Shown here: positions 21,043 through 32,100 of the stretch, piece by piece
How the letters are laid out: every line of letters begins with the position of its first letter
Numbering within the stretch: position 1 is the first letter of the stretch
Notes under the pieces: generated by a model
What the model was told of the DNA's origin: nothing
The model's input: only the letters and a program-made list of their open reading frames with translations
Databases searched by the model: none
Assembly (NCBI GenBank): GCA_051546255.1
Contig: CP128815.1
Location: 1,550,001-1,614,000, forward strand
Direction: 5' to 3'
DNA: 64,000 bases
From: Meyerozyma guilliermondii
Taxonomy: Eukaryota
Position numbers and translations under genes: made by a program

Positions 21043-21987
21043 ATGAAAGCGCTCTGTGTATCGCTGCATGTTAGTCATGGGTATGTTGGAAATAGAGCGT
21101 GTACGTTCCCGCTCCAGTACCAGGGGTGGGACGTGGATGCAGTGAACACCACAAACTTCTCTAATCATCCTGGTTATGGCAAAATTGGAGGAAGAGTTGT
21201 TGATCCCGATGAAGTGCAACAAGTAATTGAAGGGTTAGGAGGCATTGTAGATGTCACTCTGGAGTACGATATGGTTATTAGTGGATACTGTCCGCGTCCA
21301 GAAACCGTGGAAGTCGTGAGAAAGTTATGTGCTGAGTTAAAGCCGCTGGTTGCCTTGGTGGTCGATCCTGTTCTTGGCGATAATGGAAAATTATACGTTC
21401 AGGAAACGATAGTTCCAGAATATGAAAGGTTGATGGTCGAGTGTCCCGTATCATTGACTACGCCCAATCTGTTCGAATTTGAGTTGCTTTCAAAATGTAA
21501 AGTGAGTTCTTGGAGCGACCTCAAAAGAGCCATGAATGCATTCCATGAAAAATTCCATATACCCAACGTGGTGATCCTGTCAATTGAGATCGAGGGACAA
21601 TTGTACGCGGTGGGAGCCCTGAGAGAGTCACAATTAATAAAACAAAAATTGACGTCTGATAATTCCAATTTACAAGAATCGGAAGAACGTGATGGACTTG
21701 CAATATTTTACTTTCCAATCGAAAAATTGGACTGTAACTTCAACGGCAGTGGTGATGTTTTGACTGCTATCGTCTCCCACTGCTTTTATAAAAATGGGTG
21801 CAAATTAACCCCAGAGACCCTCAGCGAAGCATTGATAAAACTAGAACATATTCTCAAGAAGAGTATACAAATAGAAACCCAGAAAACCGGCAAACAGGTG
21901 TCTCATGTCAAGGACATCCAGATCGTTGCACTGCGAGCAGTTCTCGATATGAACCCAACAATGCGTCCGGTATTCTGGGTACAATAG
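21043..21987 (+). CDS. BUD17: Pyridoxal kinase family protein (Bud17)
   Basis: HVSHGYVGNRACTFPLQ, FSNHPGY, VDPVLGDNGKLYV, TPN.FE, FNGSGD; divergent from SEC12 as in S. cerevisiae. Confidence 0.85.
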   Translation: MKALCVSLHVSHGYVGNRACTFPLQYQGWDVDAVNTTNFSNHPGYGKIGGRVVDPDEVQQVIEGLGGIVDVTLEYDMVISGYCPRPETVEVVRKLCAELKPLVALVVDPVLGDNGKLYVQETIVPEYERLMVECPVSLTTPNLFEFELLSKCKVSSWSDLKRAMNAFHEKFHIPNVVILSIEIEGQLYAVGALRESQLIKQKLTSDNSNLQESEERDGLAIFYFPIEKLDCNFNGSGDVLTAIVSHCFYKNGCKLTPETLSEALIKLEHILKKSIQIETQKTGKQVSHVKDIQIVALRAVLDMNPTMRPVFWVQ

Positions 21988-22221
21988 ATAAGAGAAGTTG
22001 CAAAAATGAAAATTGCAAAAAATGAAAAATGTATAAATCAAATTAAATATCAAAGACGAATATAGAACCACCAACAACAGAACAATAAATATCGACTTCA
22101 CCCCTTTACCAGACTCACTACACAACCCTTTCTGGTTCCTTTCGCTAGGTCCAGCCTTCACATCCTACCACCCACCCCACAGTATTCTACGCGATCACGG
22201 ATTGATTTGATAAGACCTACC

Positions 22222-23922
22222 ATGGGATCCAAACACAAAAAAAACGCCCTGAAAAGCCTAAGGGCGTTTAGTTTTATCATCTTGAGTGCCCTGATAGCAC
22301 TTGTATATATATTCAATCCGGTGAAATTGATTTTTCCTTCCTCAATAATTCGCTTTCATCACGGGTTGCCACCACAATCGCAAGAAATCGTCACAGAACA
22401 ACCAAAATCCCACTCCAAGTTCCAGCTTAAGCATATATATCATCATGGGTCCGGAAAAAACTATAAAATTCACCGGCGCCTTGATATTACTCCCGAATAT
22501 TTGGCCAAACATGACGCATATTTTCAGCATTTTAACCAGCTTCAATCTGGAACCGAGCAAGTTTCCCTTGACAACTTGGATTCAGTCGTGGCACAGTACG
22601 ACTGGCCAAAACATCACCAGGGAAAGAATCCATGGACCATAGAGCTTCCCATGAAAATTGCCAAACGGCCAGCAGTTAGATTGAAACAGAGACATGATCA
22701 CAACTACATTGATTCGTATCTCCAGTATGCCCTTTCGGTAAAGAGTAATCCTCAGCATATTAATAATGTTCAACTTGAGTGGATACTGGAAGACATATCA
22801 GTTCCAGACGTCAAAGATAGGGACACTGTAGTATCCCTTGCTACCATTTCCTCAAATGCCTACGTGAGATTCCCCAAAGATGACGACGAGAAGAAGAACC
22901 TGGACTGGATAGATGTAGGGGAACCGTGGGTTCCAGATGATCGCAACAACAACATCGAATTTGGGTGGGGAGACGATGGACTTCGCGGACATATATTCGT
23001 CAGTGAAGACAATAAGACGGTTGTTATTGGTGTCAAGGGTACTTCTGGAGCCGGGCTTCCTGGTTCAGGGTCTGAGGAAACACAAGCAAATGATAAGACG
23101 AATGATAATTTGTTATTTCTGTGTTGTTGTGCACGTATAAGCTACATGTGGACTACGGTTTGCGACTGCTACGAGAAGACGTATACCTGCAACCAAGATT
23201 GTTTAGAGAAAGAATTGGTGCGCAAGGACCGCTATTATCAAGCGGTGCTTGACCTTTATCGGAATGTCACCGAAATATACCCGTCAGAAAGCCATGATAT
23301 ATGGGTTACTGGCCATTCTTTGGGAGGTGCTTTGGCGTCGCTTTTGGGACGAACTTATGGATTACCGGTGGTAGCCTATGAGGCTCCAGGTGAGATGCTT
23401 GCCACCCAGCGTCTTCACCTTCCACAACCACCAGGACTCCCCAAACATGCAGAAAATATCTGGCATTTCGGTAATACAGCAGACCCCATATTTATGGGAG
23501 TTTGTAATGGAGCATCCAGTCTGTGTAATCTCGCGGGCTATGCCTTGGAAACAGCTTGCCACACCGGACGCCAGTGCGTATATGATGTGGTTACGGATAA
23601 AGGATGGCATGTGAACTTGCTCAATCATCGAATCCACACCGTTATCGACGATATAATTATGACCTACAACGATACAGCTCCATGTGCAGACCAACCTCCA
23701 TGTCGTGATTGTTTCAATTGGAGATTCACCAGCAGAGATGACAGTCTTGATGACGAGCCACCGTTGCCCAATCCATTACGGCCTGGAAAACCTAGTACAA
23801 CATCCTCCAGTCAGCACCATACTTCTACAACTACCACCACCGAAACATCCAGACCCCAAAAGTGCCTAAAGAGAACATGGTATGGGTGGTGCGTGGAATG
23901 GGGCGATGAGGAAGATGCATGA
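22222..23922 (+). CDS. ATG15: Vacuolar lipase Atg15
   Basis: N-terminal TM, F.LKHIYHHG, GLRGHIF, DNLLFSCCCAR (CTG=Ser), WVTGHSLGG lipase motif, C-terminal C..RTWYGWC. Confidence 0.95.
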   Translation: MGSKHKKNALKSLRAFSFIILSALIALVYIFNPVKLIFPSSIIRFHHGLPPQSQEIVTEQPKSHSKFQLKHIYHHGSGKNYKIHRRLDITPEYLAKHDAYFQHFNQLQSGTEQVSLDNLDSVVAQYDWPKHHQGKNPWTIELPMKIAKRPAVRLKQRHDHNYIDSYLQYALSVKSNPQHINNVQLEWILEDISVPDVKDRDTVVSLATISSNAYVRFPKDDDEKKNLDWIDVGEPWVPDDRNNNIEFGWGDDGLRGHIFVSEDNKTVVIGVKGTSGAGLPGSGSEETQANDKTNDNLLFLCCCARISYMWTTVCDCYEKTYTCNQDCLEKELVRKDRYYQAVLDLYRNVTEIYPSESHDIWVTGHSLGGALASLLGRTYGLPVVAYEAPGEMLATQRLHLPQPPGLPKHAENIWHFGNTADPIFMGVCNGASSLCNLAGYALETACHTGRQCVYDVVTDKGWHVNLLNHRIHTVIDDIIMTYNDTAPCADQPPCRDCFNWRFTSRDDSLDDEPPLPNPLRPGKPSTTSSSQHHTSTTTTTETSRPQKCLKRTWYGWCVEWGDEEDA

Positions 23923-24372
23923 TCAGCCGGGCACATGAAACGGAGACGAAAGCATTAAGATGAAACGAGAGAGTACAGTGAACAATGAGTGGAGCATTAT
24001 GCAAACATTAAGAATGCTATATGCAGCAAGCGGCTATATGCATCCGAGACATATTTCGGCAATTCAATTTCACAAATTTAAAGTTTGCGACTTCAACTGT
24101 CCCGGCGATGAGCACTAAGGAAGTGGAGCCGTGACCGTCTTGTTCTTTCATGCCGCGGCGCAAGAGGCTGTAGTTTCCTATTTGGTATAATTTCCAAACT
24201 TGTGACGTGCACAGAGCTATTATTACCCAGGGCCAGCCGCAAACAAACACATCGTCGCCCAATTAGGAAGGGGTCTTGTTGATGACTAGCAACCTGCACT
24301 CGGGCTCAAAATGCGTTATATTGCGTCAGGACTATCCAAACTTTCTTCCGGCTGTTTTCTATCATTGATACC

Positions 24373-25215
24373 ATGAGGTTAATTACAGGAATCTTTAACC
24401 TCTTCTTCCTTGCAGGGTCAACCCTCTTGTTGGTCTTTATTGTCTTGTCGGGTTCAACCAACCATTTCCCATTCAATCGGTTCTACTGGTTGAAAGCTGA
24501 TACGTCCAGTATTTCCCATGCTTACCTGACTTCATCGTGGACTTTTTGGGGTGTTTGCCAAAGTGATGACTTCAGTAAATGTAAGCTGGGTCCAGCCTAC
24601 CCATTGTCTCCTGTTGACAACTTTGAAACCTCCCTGTCGGTTCCTCAAGACTTTGTTGATAACAGGGACACATATTATTATTTGACGAGATTTGCATTCG
24701 CATTCGAGATTATTTCGTTATGTTTCGCAGGAGTATCGCTCATCATTGACATTTTGGGCTTGTGCTTCAATGTGATTGATAGAATTGTGATTGCATTCAT
24801 TTCGTTTGCTCTCTTCTTTGCTGCTGGTTTTGCGGCTTTACAAACAGCAGCCGTTGTATTGGCAAGAAATGCTTTCCTGGACGAAAACAAATATGCCCAC
24901 ATCGGAGTCAAGATGATGGCCATTACATGGGCGGCAGTGGTTTGTTTGTTCATCGTGTGGGTCATCACATGTTTTGCCAACATTGCAACGTCGTACAGAA
25001 AACACATGAGTAGAGTCAACGACTACAGAGCCCAGGAAGCAGGTGCTGCCAAGCCAGCAGGTGCCGATGACGAATCCGTAGCCAACGACCAGTCATCGTT
25101 CACCAGAACTGCTCCTGCTGCTACCGAGACTAATGAGGTCAATTCCAACTCGGGAGGCATTCGGTTCTTCAAGATTAAAAGAAACCAGAAGGTGTCCGAC
25201 GAGGACAGTGTTTAG
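24373..25215 (+). CDS. SUR7: Sur7 family eisosome tetraspan protein
   Basis: FYWL.ADTS.I, WTFWGVC, PAYPLSPVDNF, YYYLTRFAF; C-terminal GGIRFFKIKR. Confidence 0.9.
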   Translation: MRLITGIFNLFFLAGSTLLLVFIVLSGSTNHFPFNRFYWLKADTSSISHAYLTSSWTFWGVCQSDDFSKCKLGPAYPLSPVDNFETSLSVPQDFVDNRDTYYYLTRFAFAFEIISLCFAGVSLIIDILGLCFNVIDRIVIAFISFALFFAAGFAALQTAAVVLARNAFLDENKYAHIGVKMMAITWAAVVCLFIVWVITCFANIATSYRKHMSRVNDYRAQEAGAAKPAGADDESVANDQSSFTRTAPAATETNEVNSNSGGIRFFKIKRNQKVSDEDSV

Positions 25216-25917
25216 TACATAATTTAATTGTTTGAGAGCTTGGTGTAGGCGTTTGGCAACGTTCCATTAGTGGGGCAACGTTTCTTCCCCACATGTTCCG
25301 CGGCGTTTCCACGCCCGAAAAGTTTCTCTCAGGAACCGTTTACGAAAATTTATTATTGCGATAATTACACATTTTTACCCTTCCTCTTTCACTTCATTTG
25401 GCTCTCCCATCCACTCCGACCATTAACCGAGACCTTTTTCGATTCTAACCCTCGGATTGTGTTATATTTTCTAAACACGGCGTTTCCGCTCGGCCATAAT
25501 ACTCCTGCATTGTTTTTTTTTTCAACATTCGCTATTGTTGCTGAGCAGAACAATTGACAGATCAAAACTTATCTATCAAGCCTTTTGGACCCCTTAAACA
25601 ACTTGTTGTTTCGATACCGGCTATCGAACATTCCAAATATCTTGCCCCTTCTGTGCCTTATCTATAAAAGGTGCTGCATAACTGGGGTTTTGTGTCATTA
25701 AACCACGGAGGGTTTCGGCGTGAAACGAGCAAAGTGACTTTATCTTAAAAATACCAATTTACACCACGGAACCATTTTTTGGTCTACAGTGATACCCGAA
25801 TCCTGGTACTAGCGACGTCAACTTTGTTGATATTCACTTATAGGTTCCACCCATAGCATTTGCAAAAACTGGCCCCTTTAGTTTTGCCTATCAATTGTCA
25901 AATTTCTTATAATCACC

Positions 25918-28035
25918 ATGCCTAACAACGAACAAAACCACCACCACCATCATTTCCGAAACATCTTCCGCAAAGAAAGCAGTCCATCTTCGGACTCGGG
26001 TGGCTCTCATGTGGGCCTTTCCAAGTTATTTCATCACGGCGAAAAGGAAGAAAAAACCATATCTAGAACCCCATCGGTGCTCTCGCTCAAGAGACACAAC
26101 TCCAACATCACCCGGTCAGCCTCTAATCTCGATAAAGAGCCGAAAAAACTCTCGAAAGCACAGACAATGGCCCATATCCAACACATGAACCAGAAGAATG
26201 CCAAGAGTCTTGCCAACCAAAGGGTCCCTGCTCCCATTGGCAACCACGAGAAGATCAAGTACAATCCCTTCGGCATCAACAAAACCCCCAGTGCCACTGG
26301 ATCTCCCAAAAATGCCAGTTTCTACATGGCAGGCGGTGCCGATGGAGGTCGAGTTCTCTCGAACCCAGTGGCTAACCCAAACGACTATTTGCCTGAAGAC
26401 TTGTTTGAGGAGCACGTTAACCTCCTTGACGACTACGAAATCGACGTAAGCACCAAAAAACTAGGAGACGGCGGCTCCGCCGATGTTCGTATCATCAATG
26501 CTGCAAACCACAAGAAGCAATGCTACGCGCTTAAAAAGTTCAATCTTTTGACCAATGAAACAGACGAAGAGTTCTACAAGAGAGTGGCCCAGGAGTACAT
26601 CATATCCAAGCGAGCAAGTCAATCTAGGCATGTCGTGGATACGCTTGCGTTGGTGCGAATTCAGTCACAAGGTACCGTTACCAGAGGATGGGGATTTGTG
26701 CTTGAGTTTTGTAATGGCGGAGATTTGTTCAATGCAATCGTTAAACCTGGCTGGAAGCGTACGTCACTTGCTGAAAAGTTTTGTGTTTTCAAGCAAATTG
26801 CCTATGGGTTGAAGTACCTTCATGAGCATGACATTGCTCATCGAGACATGAAGCCTGAGAACATTTTAATTGACAGTAATGGAATTGCCAAGTTGTGTGA
26901 CTTTGGCGTGAGTGTTTTCGGGCATACCACTCCTGGAGACTTCAATAGTGAGTTACACTTGTGTTCTACGTATGTTGGTTCTCCTCCATACTCATCACCC
27001 GAGGTTATGAAAATCAAAGAAGCGAGCAGCTCTGAAGCAAAGAGTTTAGCCTACGATCCTTTCCAGATGGACGTATGGGGGTTAGGTATGCTCTTGTTCT
27101 GCATTGTATATTGTGGTGTGCCATTCGCAGCCGCTACTCCCAACGATCATGGGTTTCGAGACTACAAATTCAACCATGACAGATTCACCTCGGACCATCC
27201 TACTTTCAAAAACAACAACGATTTCTCAAAAGGTCCAGGGTCGGAGTTCAAGTGGGCAACCCAATTTGCATCCAATGGAGCTGCCAGAGTAGCATGGAAG
27301 CTATGTGACCCATCAGTCAAGACAAGATACACCATGGACCTTCTTTTCAAAGACCCATGGTTCAATGGCTTGGAAATGTGTATCTACGAGCACCCAGATC
27401 AAGATGTCAATCCGCTTGTACTTGCACCTTCAGGTACTACCAACTCTAACCTGTCATCGGTGACAAATTCGAGGGCTCCATCGAGAAAAAATACGATTGT
27501 TACTTATGACCACGAAAAAAGCGAGGATGGAGAGCATACCCCATACAGAAGTATGTTGGATTTGGCCAGCGCCTTACCCCCTTGTGACAATAAGCCCGAT
27601 AACCACACTGATGATAATGATTCGTTGCACTCGACGTCGTCGTTGACCCACACCCCTTTGAAACTCACCAAGAATGACCATACAAACTCAATTGATTCCA
27701 CAAATAGCGAAACCGGCAAACCGCTTCTGCCTTCACGAAGCAAATCCCTGGCAGATGATAAAGGTGACGATAAACTGTCGTCAGTCAACTTGCCGTCCTT
27801 ACGTGAAAATGTGGAGCATTCGTTTGACGAAAGCGAACAAGATGAGGAAGAAACGAAAGAGAAAGAAAAGAACGTACCATTGCCCAAGCAAAAAGAACTC
27901 AAGACCAGTCTGCTGTTCCAAATGGATTCCAACGGGCTTTGTAATTTGGGTTACAAAATTAAAAAACATAATCATGTTGATATTAGCACTATGGCGGTAG
28001 CTGGAACCATGTCTAGACGAGACGTCAGACGATAA
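25918..28035 (+). CDS. PTK2: Npr/Hal-family Ser/Thr protein kinase (Ptk2-like)
   Basis: [48 protein letters not shown] in N-terminus. Confidence 0.8.
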   Translation: MPNNEQNHHHHHFRNIFRKESSPSSDSGGSHVGLSKLFHHGEKEEKTISRTPSVLSLKRHNSNITRSASNLDKEPKKLSKAQTMAHIQHMNQKNAKSLANQRVPAPIGNHEKIKYNPFGINKTPSATGSPKNASFYMAGGADGGRVLSNPVANPNDYLPEDLFEEHVNLLDDYEIDVSTKKLGDGGSADVRIINAANHKKQCYALKKFNLLTNETDEEFYKRVAQEYIISKRASQSRHVVDTLALVRIQSQGTVTRGWGFVLEFCNGGDLFNAIVKPGWKRTSLAEKFCVFKQIAYGLKYLHEHDIAHRDMKPENILIDSNGIAKLCDFGVSVFGHTTPGDFNSELHLCSTYVGSPPYSSPEVMKIKEASSSEAKSLAYDPFQMDVWGLGMLLFCIVYCGVPFAAATPNDHGFRDYKFNHDRFTSDHPTFKNNNDFSKGPGSEFKWATQFASNGAARVAWKLCDPSVKTRYTMDLLFKDPWFNGLEMCIYEHPDQDVNPLVLAPSGTTNSNLSSVTNSRAPSRKNTIVTYDHEKSEDGEHTPYRSMLDLASALPPCDNKPDNHTDDNDSLHSTSSLTHTPLKLTKNDHTNSIDSTNSETGKPLLPSRSKSLADDKGDDKLSSVNLPSLRENVEHSFDESEQDEEETKEKEKNVPLPKQKELKTSLLFQMDSNGLCNLGYKIKKHNHVDISTMAVAGTMSRRDVRR

Positions 28036-28216
28036 CTATAAATACATGGTCAGAAAGAGAAAGAGACAGTAAAGTAGACAAACGCCTTAAAACAAGAAAT
28101 CAATAAGTAGTCAGACTTAGTATGAAGTCACATTAAAGTAATGTTAATCTTCACCAGTCAATCTTCACTACCCGTCTACTCTTCGATTCGTACATGTACA
28201 TGTATTAAAGGATTAC

Positions 28217-28737
28217 TTATGCTTCCAAGGAAACTCTACCCTTAGGGTTGGTCACCTTGACACCGATCTTCTTAGCCTTGGCAACAATCTCAACTCTGTT
28301 CTTAGCAGAAACGTTGTGGGCAATCTCAGCAGCATAGGTCTTGGTGTGCATCAACAAAACGTCCAAGTCCTTGATGTTCTTGACGAGGTAAGCTTTGTGA
28401 CCACTTGGCATCATGTGTCTGGTCTTCTTGTTAGAACCGTAACCAATGTTAGGTTGAGGAATGGTACCTCTGAATCTTCTTCTAACACATGAGTCAATAC
28501 CCTTTTGCTTTCTCCAGTTCTCAGCAACACGCTTGAATTGGTCAGACTGGTGTCTCTTGAACTTTTTGTGGTGCTTCTTGACAATCTTTGGGTGAGGAAG
28601 AGATGCGGCCACTGATGTTAGTAGGGGTTCAACATTTCATTTCTGTCATTTGAACGGATCCGGGGCATGCTGCTTGTCATATGGACCGATTACAGGCCCT
28701 GGGTGCTCAACAAATTTGTGATAGCGATATACATACT
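28217..28737 (-). CDS. RPL32: 60S ribosomal protein L32 (eL32); coding part of exon 1 is only the A of ATG (28737), exon 2 is 28611-28217
   Basis: [33 protein letters not shown]; intron 28736-28612 GTATGT...TACTAAC-ATCAG. Confidence 0.95.
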
Positions 28738-28761
28738 TTTTGCTGTCTAACTGTTCGTTCT

Positions 28762-28879
28762 AAAAATTTTCACTTTTCTTGAGACCTGCTCGCACAATTG
28801 TGCACCCACACACCGACATATATGCACACCTTCTCCAGGGCTGCACCCTTGACAAAGAGGCGTGCGCTTTGACACGTGA
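28762..28879. promoter_or_regulatory. RPL32 promoter: RRPE, Tbf1-type palindrome, Cbf1 site
   Basis: AAAAATTTTCA 28762-28772; AGGG-CTGCA-CCCT 28837-28849; CACGTGA 28873-28879. Confidence 0.65.
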
Positions 28880-29191
28880 TTTGGAAACATCAATGCACAC
28901 AGAAAGTGCGGCGCTCGGTTGCGAAAGGTTCATCAAGCAATATGTCACTGGAATAATTATGGCTGAAGATGGTCACCTCAAACATAATCTAACACTCGTT
29001 TTCTTCTCTGTTTTGAACGTGTCCGATTTCGTCTATTTCAAACTTAAAGATCGTCGGACATCCGGACACCCACTTTTAGTTCTGCCAGAAGGTTGCGAAT
29101 GGTAAACACGGTTGCGGCATCACATATTCTTCACAAGCTATTGCTTCAATTTCACATCCATTGTACTTTGTTTCTTGCTGGAAATTCTACA

Positions 29192-32100
29192 ATGAGTTTT
29201 GATGCTAATCAAGTACTATATGTATGCTTTCAGTTTATAATAGCCTGGATAGCTTGCTGGTATGCAATATACTTGGTCACTGGATTTCATCTTCGAAGTA
29301 TAGGAATTAACAATGGAGTACTTTTCAATAGAGTATCTTTCACTTCCAAGTCCATTCGAATATCAATTGGGTCCGTGAGATTCCGATTATGGGGCAACTC
29401 CCGAATGCTCATTCTTGATGAGGTCGATATTCAATTGCGAGAATCAAGAAAGAAAAGAAAACCAAAGGGTAGAAAACATGACACAGACACTCCAGAAGAT
29501 AACGATATTCTGGGTCACCCATGCATTTTTCCCAAAAATGTCCTTTTAAGAAACCTACTTAAATTGTTGATCAAACTAATACCGAACATTGACCTTGAAA
29601 TACGACATGCTACTATTCATGATAAAAAGGAGCTGGTATCCAAAGCCGAGTACATCAGAGCGACCATAAAGTCTCAAAAGGCTGCCCATAACAGAATATT
29701 TTCATCAGTCATTAACACCAATAATATAGACTGGCGTCCTAATAATTCAGACGATACCAACGAAGAGGCACTTTTATCGCTAGCAACATTGAAATTACAG
29801 TCAGGATTGCTGGTCAATCTAAGAACTGGTGAACTATTTGACGTTCAGTCAAAACTATTCACTGACGAGTTCAAAGTACGTGCTTTTTCTTTAGCCCGTT
29901 GGGTTGCTCAAAATCGTTCGTCTAAGAACGAATCAGACGAAGACACAGCTCCAGCTACAAACAGTGAAGGTCAACCAAAATCAATCATCCGCCTCGTGAA
30001 GTGGCATAGCTACATCTACCGCTGCATGCATGAAATTTCATTAATAGCAGAAAACACTATGATCCTGGAATTCCCTTTCTTGTCGGCAGATGACGACTAC
30101 GATATGTCCAAGTTTTGGGATCAACCTGACCACAACCACTACTTCAACTTTCAAATAAAGTCTTTGTCTCACACAATTCGCAAGTTCGACAAAGATTCAG
30201 CTGGATTTCATGTGTTGTTTGACCCAAAAGTCGACTCTCCTGTTCAGGCAGTCACTGCTCTCCAAATCCTTAGAGTTGAGTTCTGCCGCAAAGTTAAGAA
30301 TACCCACAACCAGTTTCATGTCTCAGAGATCATTTCAATTCCAAACTGCAGTGTTACACACAAAGGTAATATGTCGGATCACTTTGTCAAAGGAGATGGC
30401 TTCAAGAATTGCGCCATTGAGTTGTTTGCCTCGTTAAGTAACCCAACACTTGACCTTGATGCCGACCAACTTTCAATTATCACCTACAACTTCATAGCAT
30501 TCAAAAAATTTATGAAAGCTAAAAAGTTGATGAGAAAGGACGATATCGACGCTGACCAGCAGTCCGATGATACGAACGATCCAGATGATACAAAGGTAGA
30601 AGCTCTAGAAGAGGAGTTGAATACATTACAAGATGAACATTTGCATGAAGAGCATTTACTGAATGACCAGAACAACAAGGCTAACCACAAAGCTAACGAC
30701 GTACGTTACCGTGCAAACATCATTGGGCTCCTCAACGAATACTACCCCCGATTGAACATGACTTTGATCATGGAACAGCCGCGTATTGTGATAAGACAGA
30801 CTGACAAAAACCACAATTGCCTAAAGCTTGTGAACTTCTCATATTCGCTTTTAAACATTCATGTTCTAACAACGGATCAAAGAGATTACGATGCAAGATG
30901 CCATATTCTCCACCCTGCAATTACCTACCAATCGCAAACTAATGACTTCAATTCCTCCACGACCAAACATGAAATATTTTTGTCTGAAGCTTTGACTTGT
31001 CGTCTTCAGGTACTCAAGAGTTTTGAAGTAAAAGCAGACTTTGAAGTGGCCCAAACTTGCGTTGAAATGGGCAAATTATCGTTACTTGCGGGGATCAGTT
31101 CATTAATGGATGACTTGAGAAAATCAATCACTCAATGCCTACAATCCAGTAAAATTTTGGAACAGATTGAGAAGATTGGAAACGACAGAGCAAGAAATCA
31201 ACAAAAATCACTGACTGCTCAACCTTCGGTTCTATTCCATCCTTTACCTCATTGGCTCCTTGAGCTCAACTTTGAACTTTCAAACATCAAGTTAAATTTG
31301 GGATCTCGCTCACTTCTTATTCCCGAGAATAGAATGACAAGTATAAGCAATGACATTGTTAATGAGGACATATTTGGCGACTACAATCATTTACAATCTA
31401 CCTCATTTAGTGTTGGCAAAGTTCGTTTCCAGTACTTGAATGGTACAGATATCGAAACAACAACCGCAATGACACTGCCAGCTTCCTCACTGGAAACCTT
31501 GGCCGAAAAGAGAGTCGAGTTGTGGTCTTTGAACTCCAGAGTTTCAGACATTTCTATGTCTATGGACTTAGATGTCAGAAACCCAAAGCTGCATGTTTTA
31601 TCGGTACCTGATATTGATCTGAAAGTCTCTGCTTTGCAAAAATCTTCGAATCTTACTTTGCAAGTTGAGATAACGGTCGAGAAGGTAAGTTTGAGCTATG
31701 ACAAGTTTAAGTTGTTCACTTTGCTCGGAACAGTAGGCTTGTTCAAACTGCTTTTGTTACCATTCAGAGCAATGAAAGAACGAATTTCTGACAAGTCAAG
31801 GGATAAATTTGATGATAGCACGCCAGAAACGACTCCACCAGCCGTTGAATTCGATTGCTTGGTCAAGTCATTGGACTTGGTACTTGAATTGAGCGAAGAA
31901 TGTACCGTGAAGACCCAGCTCTTTGACGCACAGTTATCAAGCAGAGCAGAAAAGCACCATGTTTTTCTCAAGTTACTACGGGTTATGATCAACTCGCCAA
32001 CCGTACCGAATGCTTGGAGTCGTGTCTTATGTGTGGATTCGTTAAACGTCGACATTGATCCAAAATTGCAAGACCCCATCACTGTCGACACTGACTTCAT

